A stretch of DNA of 63,986 nucleotides, the filler included, from Hausera hauseri (Eukaryota), in NCBI GenBank assembly GCA_046269625.1. It is 11 parts of 11 records of this genome, joined end to end, with 100 filler letters (N's around TTAATTAATTAA, not from the genome) between each part and the next. Parts side by side here need not be neighbours in the genome. Positions count along the whole stretch, not along the records: positions 36,809 to 43,786 come from JBJURY010046998.1; positions 43,887 to 48,744 come from JBJURY010413367.1; 9 more parts are not named here. One strand, written 5' to 3'. This document shows, one piece after another, positions 36,809-48,844 of this stretch. The stretch's first letter is position 1; every line of letters starts with the position of its first letter. Position numbers and translations under genes: made by a program. The notes under the pieces were generated by a model. The model was not told the origin of the DNA. It searched no databases and was given only the letters and a program-made list of their open reading frames with translations.

Positions 36809-39800
36809 TTACTGAGGATGATGCAGCAGAAAAAAATTTATAGAGCCATTAATACTTAAAATTACGAAAAACAGAGGCCGTAGCCCTTCATTAAAAACGA
36901 AACGTAAAAGCCGTTCACACTCCAAAGTAACCAGAGAGAAAATTGAAGAAACGAAAAACCCGAACGTCGTTGTAGGAGGTGACACGGACCATAGTTTGAA
37001 TACACCAGAAGTTGTTTCATACACCTGTTGGAGTAACGGAGTCTATAGAGGCACTTAATGAAATTAACGAGGTCTGCCCACTTCCCATTAATGAGGAAGA
37101 GACGGCAAACAATTATGATTTCGATTCAAAGAAGTGGAAAATCCGACGTTCATGTAAAAACGCCGATGAAGTAAAGAAAATGCAAATTAATTGTTTGGAG
37201 CTCGAAATATTACAGAGAAATTTAGAGAAGCTCAAGCAGATTAGCGAACAAGTCGATATAACCAAAAAAGAACAACAATTCGCCGAGATGTTATATAAAA
37301 GTTTGAAACTGCGTAGCGAAGGAAAGTTTGCGGAACCAATCGACTTTGAACAACCCGAAGAGGTATCAACCGAAACGTCGTTATAATGGAAGCAGGAATT
37401 AAAATCATGGATTAAAAGCGGTGTAGAGTTTTCAGAAGGATGGAGTAAAAATAAAGATATAGTCGACGTAAAGGTCACTAAGGCTCAGACGCTATTGTCT
37501 ACTTTAGAGAAAAACCCGAAATCGAAGAGAATGGTTCGAAACTTAGAACGTATAATGGACAAAATTCGGTACGCAATGATTAAACGGCTTAGGGCAAAAC
37601 CGGTTAACCATCGCAGTAAAGTCGATTTAGAAATATTGGGTATAGACCCGTTAGATATTCCTCCCTTGACGGAGGTGATAAAGATCGCATTTGCTAGACC
37701 CAAACAATACATAAACCTGGAAAACCGACTTATGATAGAAAACGAAAAGCGAGCACAGATTTATAGCTTGAGGAACCGAATCATGTCCCCAAATCATGAG
37801 GAGACCCAATATATAGTAAAGGCTTGTATCGTAGAATTGGACGAGTACAAGGACGAGTTCAGTTATGTCGGCCGAATTATGAATTTCCTAAGAGGACCAG
37901 ACGATGAGTTAGAAGATGCATATAAAATTCTAGATAAGGCTATAATGGCGAAACCGATAATCGCAAATCAACTGTCGGAATGGTCCGAATTAATAATGCG
38001 ATTAACCAAATTAGTAGAAGATCGGGAGAAGGAATTTCCGCAAAGCAAGCCAGTGGTAAAGAAGCAACTAGAAGAAAGTGCACATGATTTAGGCACAATG
38101 CGAATAGAAATAGACATCCGTACTCAATTCGAAGCGCTACGACGACTAAAATTTATTGAAAAGGAACGAGAAGCGTTGACGATGGGAGAAATCTACAAAC
38201 TGATCGAAGAGACGAATTTTACGGAAAAACGGAATATGATTTACGATGTAAACTCAAGGTTAAGGGTTGTTTGACTCGAAGGAGTACAATACTTAACAGG
38301 AAAACCAATCGACGAAATTTCTGTACAAGACATTGAAATCTTGGACATTTGTCCAGGGCATCGAGATACGTTAACGGACGCAATAAAGTTTTTGCACAAA
38401 CCACAAGAATGGATGGCCGCATCAGACCAGAATTTCCATACCAAGTTGACAAAAATAGTAGACGATCCACGTTTTAGTTTTCAAGAACACAAATTCGTAA
38501 AGAAACTGTCGGATGCAATGGACCCTGATTTAAAGGTTATAAATGAGATGTATGAGTTAGTCTATTTATTGGTGGAAATGGCAGAAATCAGTGATGAGCA
38601 AATGAGGAAATTGATGCGCAAGATACAGAAAATAGAAGAAACATGTATCAAGACGAAACAAAGAGCGACAAAGTTAGATGAAATAACAAAGGAGCTTGAA
38701 GTCTATCGAAACAAATATGCTTTCACCGAATCCGAGGTTAAGAATAAACGAGAATTTGTACAAAGATGGCAAAATTATGTGATTCTTGAATTGACAGATT
38801 ATCACTAGAAGGGGCTGATCAACCCGAACGAATTGGGCGAATTACTGAAAATGATTCAGTATTCCTGTGGAATCGGAGTAGGTTTCCTGACTACGCAGAT
38901 AAAAGAAATACAACCAATATTGGAAGAAATTAGGAAAAATGTACAGAGATCAAAAACAATTGGGATAGACGCTGGACTTCCCGAGGTCAGTAACAAGCCG
39001 GAATGGGATGCATACTTCGACGCAATGCTGACCGAAAAGCCTATGACTCCAGTACAATTGAATGAGATACAATCATGTCCGCAAGTCAGGAGATTCAATG
39101 TGGAAATGCTTTTGGATTCAGCGCTAACTGAAAAAGATTTAATCAAACTAATTAACGTAAACATTACCGACAGTAAATTAAGACAACTAATTCCGACATT
39201 AACTAAATTATCTACCGAAAACATGATTTATAGTACGGTGCCGAAACTTTTAATAAGGAAGTACGCAAAAATCTTGAGGGCTAAACCTGAGGTGACGATA
39301 AAAGTAATGGTATCATCCGAATGGATGGACGAAAAAGAATGCGAGTTGACTACATATTCCTACGTAAAGGACGTAAGAGAATGGCTAATAAACAATGGTG
39401 GAACAAACGAGTTAAACTACAGATTTTATTTTAGAGGTAGAATACTCGACGACCTAGAACAACTAATAGACGTCGGTATTATTCCTGACGAAACAAATCG
39501 GATAGTGGTAGTGATAGCTAACAAACAGACAAAGGAAGAAGCTACACGTAAAGCCAAAACAGAAGAATGTGTAGGACAAATCATGGGAGTTCGAGACGCT
39601 GCACTGTATTTTGAGTATTTACAAACGGACGAGGATAAGGAACAATACGACATAAATTTAGTACCACTGAGTGAAACAACCACTAAGGGTCCAAGGCCGA
39701 AACGCCCAGTAGGTAGGCCTAGAAAAGTGCGAGAAGTGGATTACAACGGAGAATTAATTAGAGAATTGAGACAGATGTCGATTCCGACTCTTAGTCCAGA

Positions 39801-40233
39801 TAACGAGGAATTAAGCGAGTTAATGAAAAATTTAATACGAATTGTAAATTATTCTAGTTTTCGAGGAGATGTGTTAGATGATAAAGAAAAGATAATTTTC
39901 GATGCAGCCAAAATGATGAGAAGTTCACGTTTCAAACTATAAAAAATTAATTTAACCGACGAGTCAGTAATAGAAAAGAGAATGGCAGAAATCACGAATG
40001 AAGAATTAAGAAAAGTTTTACTATACTTAGCTATTAAAATAAATCCTAACCGAGAGAATGAAATCAATAGGGCTATAAGCTTAGCACGGAAAGCGGCAAG
40101 AAGAATGCCTTGCGAAGTAAATTGGGCAAAACTATTTGACAAGGAAGAAGACAAAAGAAACATCAATAGACTCGACGATATGTTACGTAACCTGATAACG
40201 TCAGACGTTGGAGGTCGGAAAAATGAATCGAAT
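36809..40233 (+). pseudogene. Region X, copy 2 (ubiquitin-like domain ~39289-39516; AT-hook KRPVGRPRK 39700-39726)
   Basis: ORFs 37012, 37495, 38341, 38833 and 39982 all share one frame and are separated only by point stops. UBL pattern VTIKV...YVKDVREWL...NYRFYFRGRILDD...LIDVGI. Confidence 0.8.
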
Positions 40234-42020
40234 TGGCTAATTAGATTGCTTACCTTAATGATACTAACAAAGCATATAAGCGCGGTAACCGTTTATGATT
40301 TCGATAAGTTTAAATTAGGACAGAGATATTCCTTATGGACCTGGAAGTATGCGAGGACGCCAGACCGCACAAATTGGAAACAAGAGAGAAAAGTTACTTC
40401 CTGTATCAACATCAAGAATTGATATCGTTAGACGGAATGGAGTGCATGCTGAGACGATCGCGTAGTATCTTCCACTGTGGACTGGTACACGGACATTCCT
40501 CCATAATCAAGCCAACTACTCCGCTAATTCCAATGAATTTAGAACGCCAACACTGCAAGCAAGCTAAAGAGACTGGAAGAGTACAGTGGGATAGTATGCA
40601 ATTAGAAATGCAACCAGGTAGTGGCCGGAAGACTAGATATGCATAGCGTATATTGTCACGGAGAGGAATACGACACCGGAAAAGGATTACAATCGAATGT
40701 GGTAGTCGTAGACTTTTATGAATCAGAGATGCGGTCACAGAAAGTAATGTTCCATAATGTCACCAAGTTATACACGGAGAATCAAAAATGCCACTTACAA
40801 GATGGAACCTGTGCTTTTAGAAGTTTGGTTATAATATGGGAACCTCCCTCTGGAAGAAGCTGTAACTTTATCAAAATTAAGGAGTTAAAGTTTAATGAAA
40901 CTACCGGAAAACGATATGTAGACCAATCGGAGGCTAATTCAAGAACACGCGAAGATGTATCGGAACACCCTACACCTACTATATTAATCTCGGACCCGCA
41001 TGGACTAAAATTTATAAAAAAGGAGATGATGACTCGTTGCGATGTAATAATGTTCGCCACAAACTATGAGGCGTTTTTTTGTAGCCGAAATGGAAACAAA
41101 CTCAAAAACCTACAAATTGGAAACGCAGGATGTTCGGATTGAGGATTACCTGAAAAATAGAGACGATTAATTCTACTATAAAGGACAAGTCGGAATAACG
41201 GAATTATATCATAAAATGATAATGAATGACTGCAAATTGGATACAGAAATCATGAGAACTAAAATGTCTCTTATATATGCAAACCCGGAATTGGCTTTTC
41301 CAATAATTCCCATGAGAGAAGGAATTTTCGGTCGAGTTACGGGCGAAGTGTTACTAACCTATGAATGTGAAAAGTGAAAAGTTCCCATCAGTGTAGAAGA
41401 AAAGCGTTGTATCCAGGAACGTCCTGTTATTTATCAGAATACTCCAAGATTAGCTACACCATTGACAAGAGTGATGTTGGATAACGCGACACAACCAACT
41501 ATACTCAAGGATTGTAAAACAAGCTTAGGAGAGCCAATATTTAGACGCAGTGAAACCGACTGGGTTAGTTTACCTAATGGAGATATTACTGCCGCCCCTA
41601 ACAAGCTAACAGGGACGAATCTCGCGAACGAAATTACAAACGATAAATTTCAAGACACCTCATCGAAAGGTATATATAGGCCGAAGGAAATTGAGGCTTT
41701 CAGACAATTCCTTTCCTTTCCACGACAACGTACGCATGACCTAAATCGAGCTATGGCGTCTGTAGTAGACGACACACGATATCAGGCTAAATGGGAATCA
41801 GTACTTGGCGTAAACCACTATCAGAGAGTAACAACAGAAATACTCTACAAAATTTAGGGGAGATTTTTGATCTTCGGACAGGCCGCATCTGGATTTTTAG
41901 CGATATATTTCTTGATACAAATGATTAAGGCAGTCATCCAAGCCGTAATAAACGGATAGGGAATATTTATACTAACCGGATTTTCACGTAAAATTCTGAC
42001 TGCAATCATAACGCCCTTTG
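40234..42020 (+). pseudogene. env: Env: chuvirus (Jingchuvirales)-type glycoprotein with internal signal peptide and C-terminal hydrophobic segments
   Basis: WLIRLLTLMILTKHISA|VTVYD(C/F); IFHCGLVHGHS; YCHG..NVVV; CHLQDGTC..IIWEP..C; LYHKMIMNDC; GEVLLTYEC; C..ERPVIY; GIYRPKEI..SFP; TM FLIFGQAASGFLAIYFLIQMI..G*GIFILTGFS. This motif order matches chuvirus G proteins. Confidence 0.85.
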
Positions 42021-42694
42021 GAAAATTTTTAAAAGCATACGAAGAGAGTAGATGGAAATCGGACGTAGAACGCCATGTCGGTTACTATAATCGTAAACGT
42101 AAAGGGAGATCAATATTCCTTCGCAAGCGGAAGTCTACAAAATCTATTAGAAGAAGGAATAAGTCAGATGATGACGAGCCAAAGGGAGGAGAAGCGCTTT
42201 CAGGAATAAATCGACATAATATGTACTCGGTCGTTAAAGCGCCATTGCCCGTGTTACCTCCTACCGCCCCATTCTACTACGATTGCGATAAACAGTTCAT
42301 GAGCTCATATCAGACAGAAATTTATAAAATGACAATTAATGTAGAAGACCCTTATGAAGGAACGAAACGATACAAAATTTTACGGAAAATGTGTTACCCC
42401 CAATCCGCGGATGATCCTAAGATGATATACTTACCAAGAAAACCTAAGAATATTGAAACTAGATCGACAGTTTGGGACAACCCAAGATTAAAAACCTTCC
42501 AACATACTGAACTACATACTAACAATCGGGAACCGCTATTTAGTACTCATGAAATAAAAGAATTGCACGTAGAAAATAACGAATTATATCTAAACGGAAA
42601 ATTAAGACAGTTATCGGAAAACATAATATCCGCCCCAGAAATACGAATAAACGGACACAAAATATCAGTAACTAAACGTACGAAAATAGCATAA

Positions 42695-43120
42695 AATTGT
42701 TTCGGAACAGTGATCGAAGGAAGGCCGTTCGCCAAAATCACTATTGAGGATTGGGAAGTTTATGCGTTAATTGATACGGGTTCTGAAATGTCTTACATCA
42801 AAAATGATTCAATACCTCAAACGCTAAGAGGACAGTTTTATCCGCCGTCTACAAAAGATTCAGGCAATACGGGAGCTTTTGGCCAGATGTCAAAACCAAT
42901 GTTTAAATGGAATCCAGAAGTCCAATTAGTTGGACAAATATTTCGGCATGAATTTGCAATCATGGAACAATTAACTGGTGATGTCGTTCTAGGATGCGAT
43001 TTATTGAAAAGGCTACTAAATATAGCAATCGACTTACAAACAGGAAAGCTGATTGAGATTAGACCCCAAAAGGGCGTGAAGAACGCTAAGGATAGAAAAT
43101 TTTGGGAAATGTGAATACCA
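42695..43120 (+). pseudogene. Retropepsin-like aspartic protease
   Basis: YALIDTGSEMSYI ... VVLGCDLL. Confidence 0.92.
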
Positions 43121-43620
43121 GTAGACGAGAACATCCCACCAAAAACGGAGATAATAATTTACTCACAGATTCAGCAAGATGGCGATTAACCAGTATATTT
43201 TGAGCCAAGGGGAACATTACATCCTTATATAACACTCAGTAATGTGCTAACGAGAGTACACTCCGGTCGTGTACCGATCAGAATAGCTAATAACGCGCAG
43301 ATTCCCTTCAAGCTCCATGCTTATACTACTTTAGGAGACACGTATAAAGTATCATCGATAACTATCGAAGAGAAACCTTATAAATATACCAAGTTTCCGC
43401 CTCACGTTGAAACCAAGTTTTCACATTAGTCATATTGTCGATTTTACGAATTATTGTGCCGCTACAAATAGATTATTGCTAAAGATGAAGAGGACATCGG
43501 TAGGGCGAAAGCATTAAAGCTGACTATTCCGCTCAAGAAAAAGCCTGGTTCAAATGAAGAAATAGATCTGGAGGATCAGAAGATGCCAAAATAATACACT
43601 CCACCGCATTCGCTAAGACC
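43121..43620 (+). pseudogene. Post-protease beta-rich linker and start of a Gypsy reverse transcriptase region
   Basis: IPPKTE..VYFEP..VPIRIANN, then ELLCRYK*IIAKDEEDIGRAKALKLTIPL (Gypsy pre-RT pattern). Same frame as the protease. The contig ends before the RT core. Confidence 0.6.
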
Positions 43621-43786
43621 CGAGAATAAATTACTGTTCTGTTTATGCCGGTTTGCAACGCCCATGTTGTAAGTTACCAGTAAACCAATAATTCAAAATA
43701 AAGTTCGACTTATATGAAGTAAAACCAAATAAATTGAGCAAACATTTGCGGACTTACTATCCGAAGAATAGAATATGGAAGATTTC

Positions 43787-43886
43787 NNNNNNNNNNNNNN
43801 NNNNNNNNNNNNNNNNNNNNNNNNNNNNNNTTAATTAATTAANNNNNNNNNNNNNNNNNNNNNNNNNNNNNNNNNNNNNNNNNNNN
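43787..43886. other. Artificial contig spacer
   Basis: N44-TTAATTAATTAA-N44. Confidence 0.97.
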
Positions 43887-44606
43887 TATGTGTGGGAGAA
43901 CGTTGGACTCGGAACCTATCTCACTTCACTATTTTGTTCAAAAAGGACAGGGAAAATAGTGGTTCCCGTGAACAAGCAAATCCAAGTATTATTATAGAAA
44001 CAATATCAAAGGTATAAGATAGAAGGAAATATTCTTGATTTGGACAAAGATGTCATGACAGACTGGACCTTAATCCAAGTGGATTGCGATCCACGAAAGA
44101 GCTCAATTAACCCCAAACAAAAAGTGATTCATGGCTACTTATATCAGGATAAAGATGGTCTTGTATTCGAGCCGATTGAATTAATCATCCAAGTGGATCT
44201 GGATAGGGACGATTGGAACAAGGAAGATAGCGAATGCCCCGTATGTGAGACAAATTTGAAACAAGGGTATGCGGTTCTGGACAACAAAAACTGTCGTCAT
44301 AAATAGTGTTGAGATTGTCTGGAGAAGTGGACACACGACAATGGGAAAACAACCTGTCCAGTATGCAGGGCAGAAGCCACCGAGTTGAAATACTATTCCA
44401 ACGGGAGCTATACCCGTATCGTCCGGATTAAACCTTATCACAGTTACAGCCAGGAGACGAATCCCCTAATACGTCGAGAACATCAGAACTCACCATCGGA
44501 TTTAGATGAAAGGATGAATCGGCTAAGACGACCTGAAACGTTTGGCTCCACCTCTTCTGACGCAATAGGCCCTTCCGAGGATGCCGCTCAGGGAGGAGAA
44601 ATGTAG
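43887..44606 (+). pseudogene. 3' coding region with a C3HC4 RING finger (44234-44369), copy 3
   Basis: CPVC...CRHK*C*DC...W...CPVCR. The ORF ends AAQGGEM*, overlapping the PPT and LTR start. Confidence 0.82.
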
Positions 44607-45310
44607 CGTATTGAGCAACAGTTGTTGAAGTAATTGTAGCAGTTGTTAAAAGTAATAAAAAATTTAGTGTTGCCGAAAATAATAAAAATTGGTTGAAGCA
44701 ATAAAATGAATGAGCTAAAACTATTGCAATATACAAAGATTGCAAATATTTAGAAAATCCAATATGTCTAACATATTGTATTTATGTATCGAGAAAAGCA
44801 GAGATAATAGAATTATATTATTTTTATTACCGAAACCAAGCCTATATAAACGATATCAGAAATGAAAAAGTCAGAACAAAATTTGCGACTTAGGATCGCA
44901 GTGAACCGAATCGAATTGAACTCTCCTTATTCCAAAAGACTTACGAATTCTATTCTATATTGACAATACCTGTTCTTTGAAGCTATTTGATATCCGTGTG
45001 ATTAAATAAAAAGGTGATTTAGATATTTGTTGTTAAACTCACATAGTTTTCCATCGTCCTTTAAGGACGATTTGCACTACACTAAGGGTAAAATCTTACT
45101 TAAATTCTAGAGCTAGGTTGAGAGAATCTAACTTAAGACACGCAGTTTTGTGCACACAGTACCTGCATTGACACCTAAACTAAATCTAAAAATCTTAATT
45201 CACAAGCAGACTAATCGAGACCGAATAGTCCTAACCTGCTGATACAGAAATAAAAACTCGGATTAATATTGTTGTAGTGGGAGAAGGTAAGGGCCACCCC
45301 AACTATAACA
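44602..45310 (+). repeat. Complete LTR (709 bp)
   Basis: PPT cagggaggagaaa (44589-44601); TGT start, ...TATAACA end; TATA tatataaa 44843-44850; aataaa 45005-45010; followed by the PBS. Confidence 0.85.
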
Positions 45311-45314
45311 TACT

Positions 45315-45331
45315 TGGCGACCCTAGCAGGA
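45315..45331 (+). promoter_or_regulatory. Primer binding site (probably tRNA-Arg type)
   Basis: TGGCGACCCTAGCAGGA lies 4 nt after the LTR end and is complementary to a tRNA 3' end ...TCCTG....GGTCGCCA. Confidence 0.75.
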
Positions 45332-45687
45332 CAGTTTGTGCCTCGCTAGACTTGACTCTTGAGAAACCAATTAACGACATACCGGCGAATAGCGCCATTT
45401 ACATCAAGTAATTGATTTAATAGGAATCGAAGTTTAAAATTTGGGATTATAAGTTGATAGAAGGGATTAACTGGATTGAATTGAGAGCAAACATTGATAG
45501 GCTCAAATTGAAACAAAACTTGTTAGTAAACGGTCAAAAGGAACTAAATCAAAGAGAGACAAGAAATAGACTTTATAATGAAGATAAGATAATAGATAAG
45601 CACTATCTGTCCGATACCGAATTAAACTCTGCTAGAGAATTTAAAGTGCCTCCTAGAACTAAGATAGATAAAACGAATAAAATTAAA

Positions 45688-46720
45688 ATGGCACCAGATA
45701 ATCCAGCGATAGCTCAGAAACTTGATATATTCACGTTCGACTCGTTAAACTTACCCGCATACGACGGAAACCCAGATGGGTCAAATGATTTCCTAAGAAC
45801 TTACAAATTGCATGCAGAAGGTGCCGGTCTAGCAACCGAAGTCATGATAAAACGATTATCATTATATCTGAAAAACGTGGCTGCAGATGCCTATAGTGAA
45901 TTGACTAATGAGAAGAAATTATGGTCCTCTGTAGTAGGAGCTCTGAATCGTAAATTATTGTCAACGGTCACGCCACAACAGAAGCTAATGGCCTTCCAGA
46001 ACAAAATACAACAAAAGGGTGAATCGGTTACGCAATTTGCATTAGCACTAAAAAAGCTTGCTAATAGTTACGTGAGTACGCTAAGGATAGCTAATGCGGC
46101 AAAGGCAAAGACAAACGAAGAACGTGAAGCGGCAGAAAAGGCGAGCCCGCCAGATTTAGATGTCATGATGACTACACAGTTAATAAACGGTATATGGTCT
46201 AGAGATTTAGTTAAACAATTAATTTTGGCTCGACCAGGCAACTTCGAGACTGCATTACAGTTAGCGCAAAACTTAGAAATGGCATTAGACAGATATGCCA
46301 AACAGAATGAAAGGTATGACCGAAATAATGATCGTGACAATCGAGACAGAAAAAAGAAACAATAGAAGATTCAACGATAGTAATAAGGATCGAGGTTATG
46401 AGAATAGAGCTTAAAACACCTTCAATCGCAACACGAGATATGATAATAGGAACTTTATTGATAACCGAAATACGTACCAAACAGGTTATAATCCGAATAG
46501 AAATCAAAATAATGACCGAAGTAACAAGAATCGTTATATAGAAAATCGAAGTTTTAAAAATAGAAAAAATGGAAATGATAAGCAGGCTCAGCTGACTCAA
46601 AGCAAAACGATGGGTCGACCCAAAGCACAGTAAATGAAGACGGAAGACAAAGGATCGGTCGAGACGGAAACCTGATTTGTTATTCATGTGGTAAAGAAGG
46701 TCACATAGCTAGATCATGCC
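45688..46720 (+). pseudogene. gag: gag, copy 3
   Basis: MAPDNPAIAQKLDIFTFDSLNLPAYDGNP, QQKGESVTQFA, CYSCGKEGHIARSC. Confidence 0.9.
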
Positions 46721-48744
46721 CTAATCCACGGAGCGTATCATTTGCGGAGACTAATAAAGCTAGCATGATAAAAGATAATTTGGAATGAATCTATGGGAAA
46801 TGATGTGACATGGGCATGATTATCGAAATGCAAGACTTACGAAGATATGTAAGAAATATGGGCGAATCTAATAATCCACAAGTAATCAAGGCTAGGAAGG
46901 AGTATGAAGAAAATTTGCATCAAATGGAAGTTTATCATGGATTAAGAGAACCAAAACAGAATACGAAAAGGCTATAGCGCCCAAAAATACTAATATGGCC
47001 AGAAAAAAAAACCTAAATCCAGTGGCAAAGCCAACTACGCCTCCAAGCGTAGATTTGGATGTAGGTACTGAGGTTGCGCCTAAAGATAAGGACAAAGTAA
47101 CAGATGAGGTTGAAAGCGAATTCATTGGCCCACTGATACTTAAGATAACGAAAAGTAGAGGTAGAAGCCCCTCTCTTAGGAGAAGGTCGAGAACTCGTTC
47201 ACGATCACCTATCAAAAAGGACATAGAAAAAGAGGAAGATTTCACTATCACTCTAAGAGATGAAACAGAGTTAGACACTCCGAAAATAACGAACATTCTG
47301 AACATTGATTAAATAAATGAAATATGTCCGTTATTATCTACTGAGGAGGAGTCAAAAGAGGAAGAGTCTATTAAATTTGCAAAGATCAGAAAATATTGGA
47401 AAAATGCGAATGAGCTAACAGAAATAAGAGACACTTCGAACGATCTCGGAAGACTGACTGAGAGCTTACAAAAACTGCAGCAAATGAGCAAGCAGTTGGA
47501 CATTTCAGGAAAAGAACAACAATCCATAGAAAAGTTGTATAAGAAGTTTAAAACCGGCCTCCAGAAAGGAGAAGAAAGCATACCATTCGAACTGCAAGAA
47601 GTACCGCAAGATTGATAAAATATTGGCAAAAGAAACTGGAATTGTGGACAAGGAGTGAGATCGAATTTACAAAAATATGGTGGAATAAAAACGAACCGTT
47701 TCTGGATCAGGTTAATCAAGCGCAAGGACTGTTAGACACACTTAAGAACAAACCAAAACTAAAACGCGTAAGGCGTAATTTAGAAGGATTGATGCATGAG
47801 ATAGAAGAAGCGATAATTTCTTATCTCCATAATAAGCCAGTATACGAACTGACTAATACTGACCTAGAGATACTGAGTATAGACCAAACCGATATTTTCT
47901 TCCTATTGGAAATGTGCAGCTTCATAAGGCATAAACCTCAGAAATATTCAGATTTAAAAATACGTATCGGAAGAGAAAACGAAATACGAGACAAAATTAA
48001 CGACTTAAGGATCGGCGTAGTCTACTCTGAAAACATAGAAGTAAAAAGAATAATACGCGCTTATCTGCTTGAATTAGATGAATATAAGGAAGAATTAAAC
48101 TATATGGAACAAATCGTAAAATTTGTACGAGGACCCGATCATGAACTAAAAGAAGCTTTTGAGGCTTTAGACAAAACTATATACGCTAAGCCAGAAACAT
48201 CTAGACAATTGGAGAAGTGGATAGACTTGCTACCTTCTATAGTTGAAGTGATTAACGAACGGCTAAGGGAGTTCAATGCGGTTGAACCAATAATGAAACA
48301 TCAATTGGAGGAGATGCTACTATATATCGGCACAATGGAAGATGAAGCGAAATTGCGAATCAAATTCGAATCATTTCGAGAACTTGAATTTATGAACCAG
48401 GAGCAAGATCTGACATCACTAACGGAAATGTATACTATGATAGAAGAAGAAGACTTCTGAAGAAAAAGAAATAAACTAAGTAATCTCCAGCGGAGCTTAG
48501 TAACCATCCGTTAAAGGAAATCTCTGTACGGGAGATAGAAACATTAGAAGTGTGTAATGACCACCGGATTGCTCTCGCGCAGATACTGCAGTATATACAG
48601 AATTCAGTTGAATGGTCACCGGGCTTTGACCTACATTGCCACTCCGAATTAACAGAAATTAAAAATGATCCGCAACTGACAAGCGATGAAGCCAAGTTTG
48701 TAAGTAGGCTGATGCACGCAATAGATCCTGACGCCGAAGTGTTA
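46721..48744 (+). pseudogene. Region X N-terminal part, copy 3 (divergent subfamily)
   Basis: In frame with the CCHC knuckle. Homologous to 17746+ and 36809+ (LILKITKSRGRSP, VRRNLEGLM, AIDPDAEVL). Confidence 0.8.
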
Positions 48745-48844
48745 NNNNNNNNNNNNNNNNNNNNNNNNNNNNNNNNNNNNNNNNNNNNTTAATTAATTAA
48801 NNNNNNNNNNNNNNNNNNNNNNNNNNNNNNNNNNNNNNNNNNNN
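48745..48844. other. Artificial contig spacer
   Basis: N44-TTAATTAATTAA-N44. Confidence 0.97.

Larger units (their letters stand above)
36809..43786 (+). mobile_element. Giant Gypsy-like LTR element, copy 2 (region X - Env - protease - RT start)
   Basis: Colinear with copy 1 up to the Env N-terminus, then continues through Env, PR and the pre-RT motif. Confidence 0.9.

Noticed and set aside
43600-44100. Direct continuity from protease/RT start to RING
   Set aside because: An artificial spacer intervenes; the RT core, RNase H and IN are not in the window, and copies 2 and 3 are different subfamilies.
17025-47725. Numerous minus-strand ORFs opposite gag, region X, Env and polB
   Set aside because: Antisense shadows of plus-strand coding sequence with no independent motifs.
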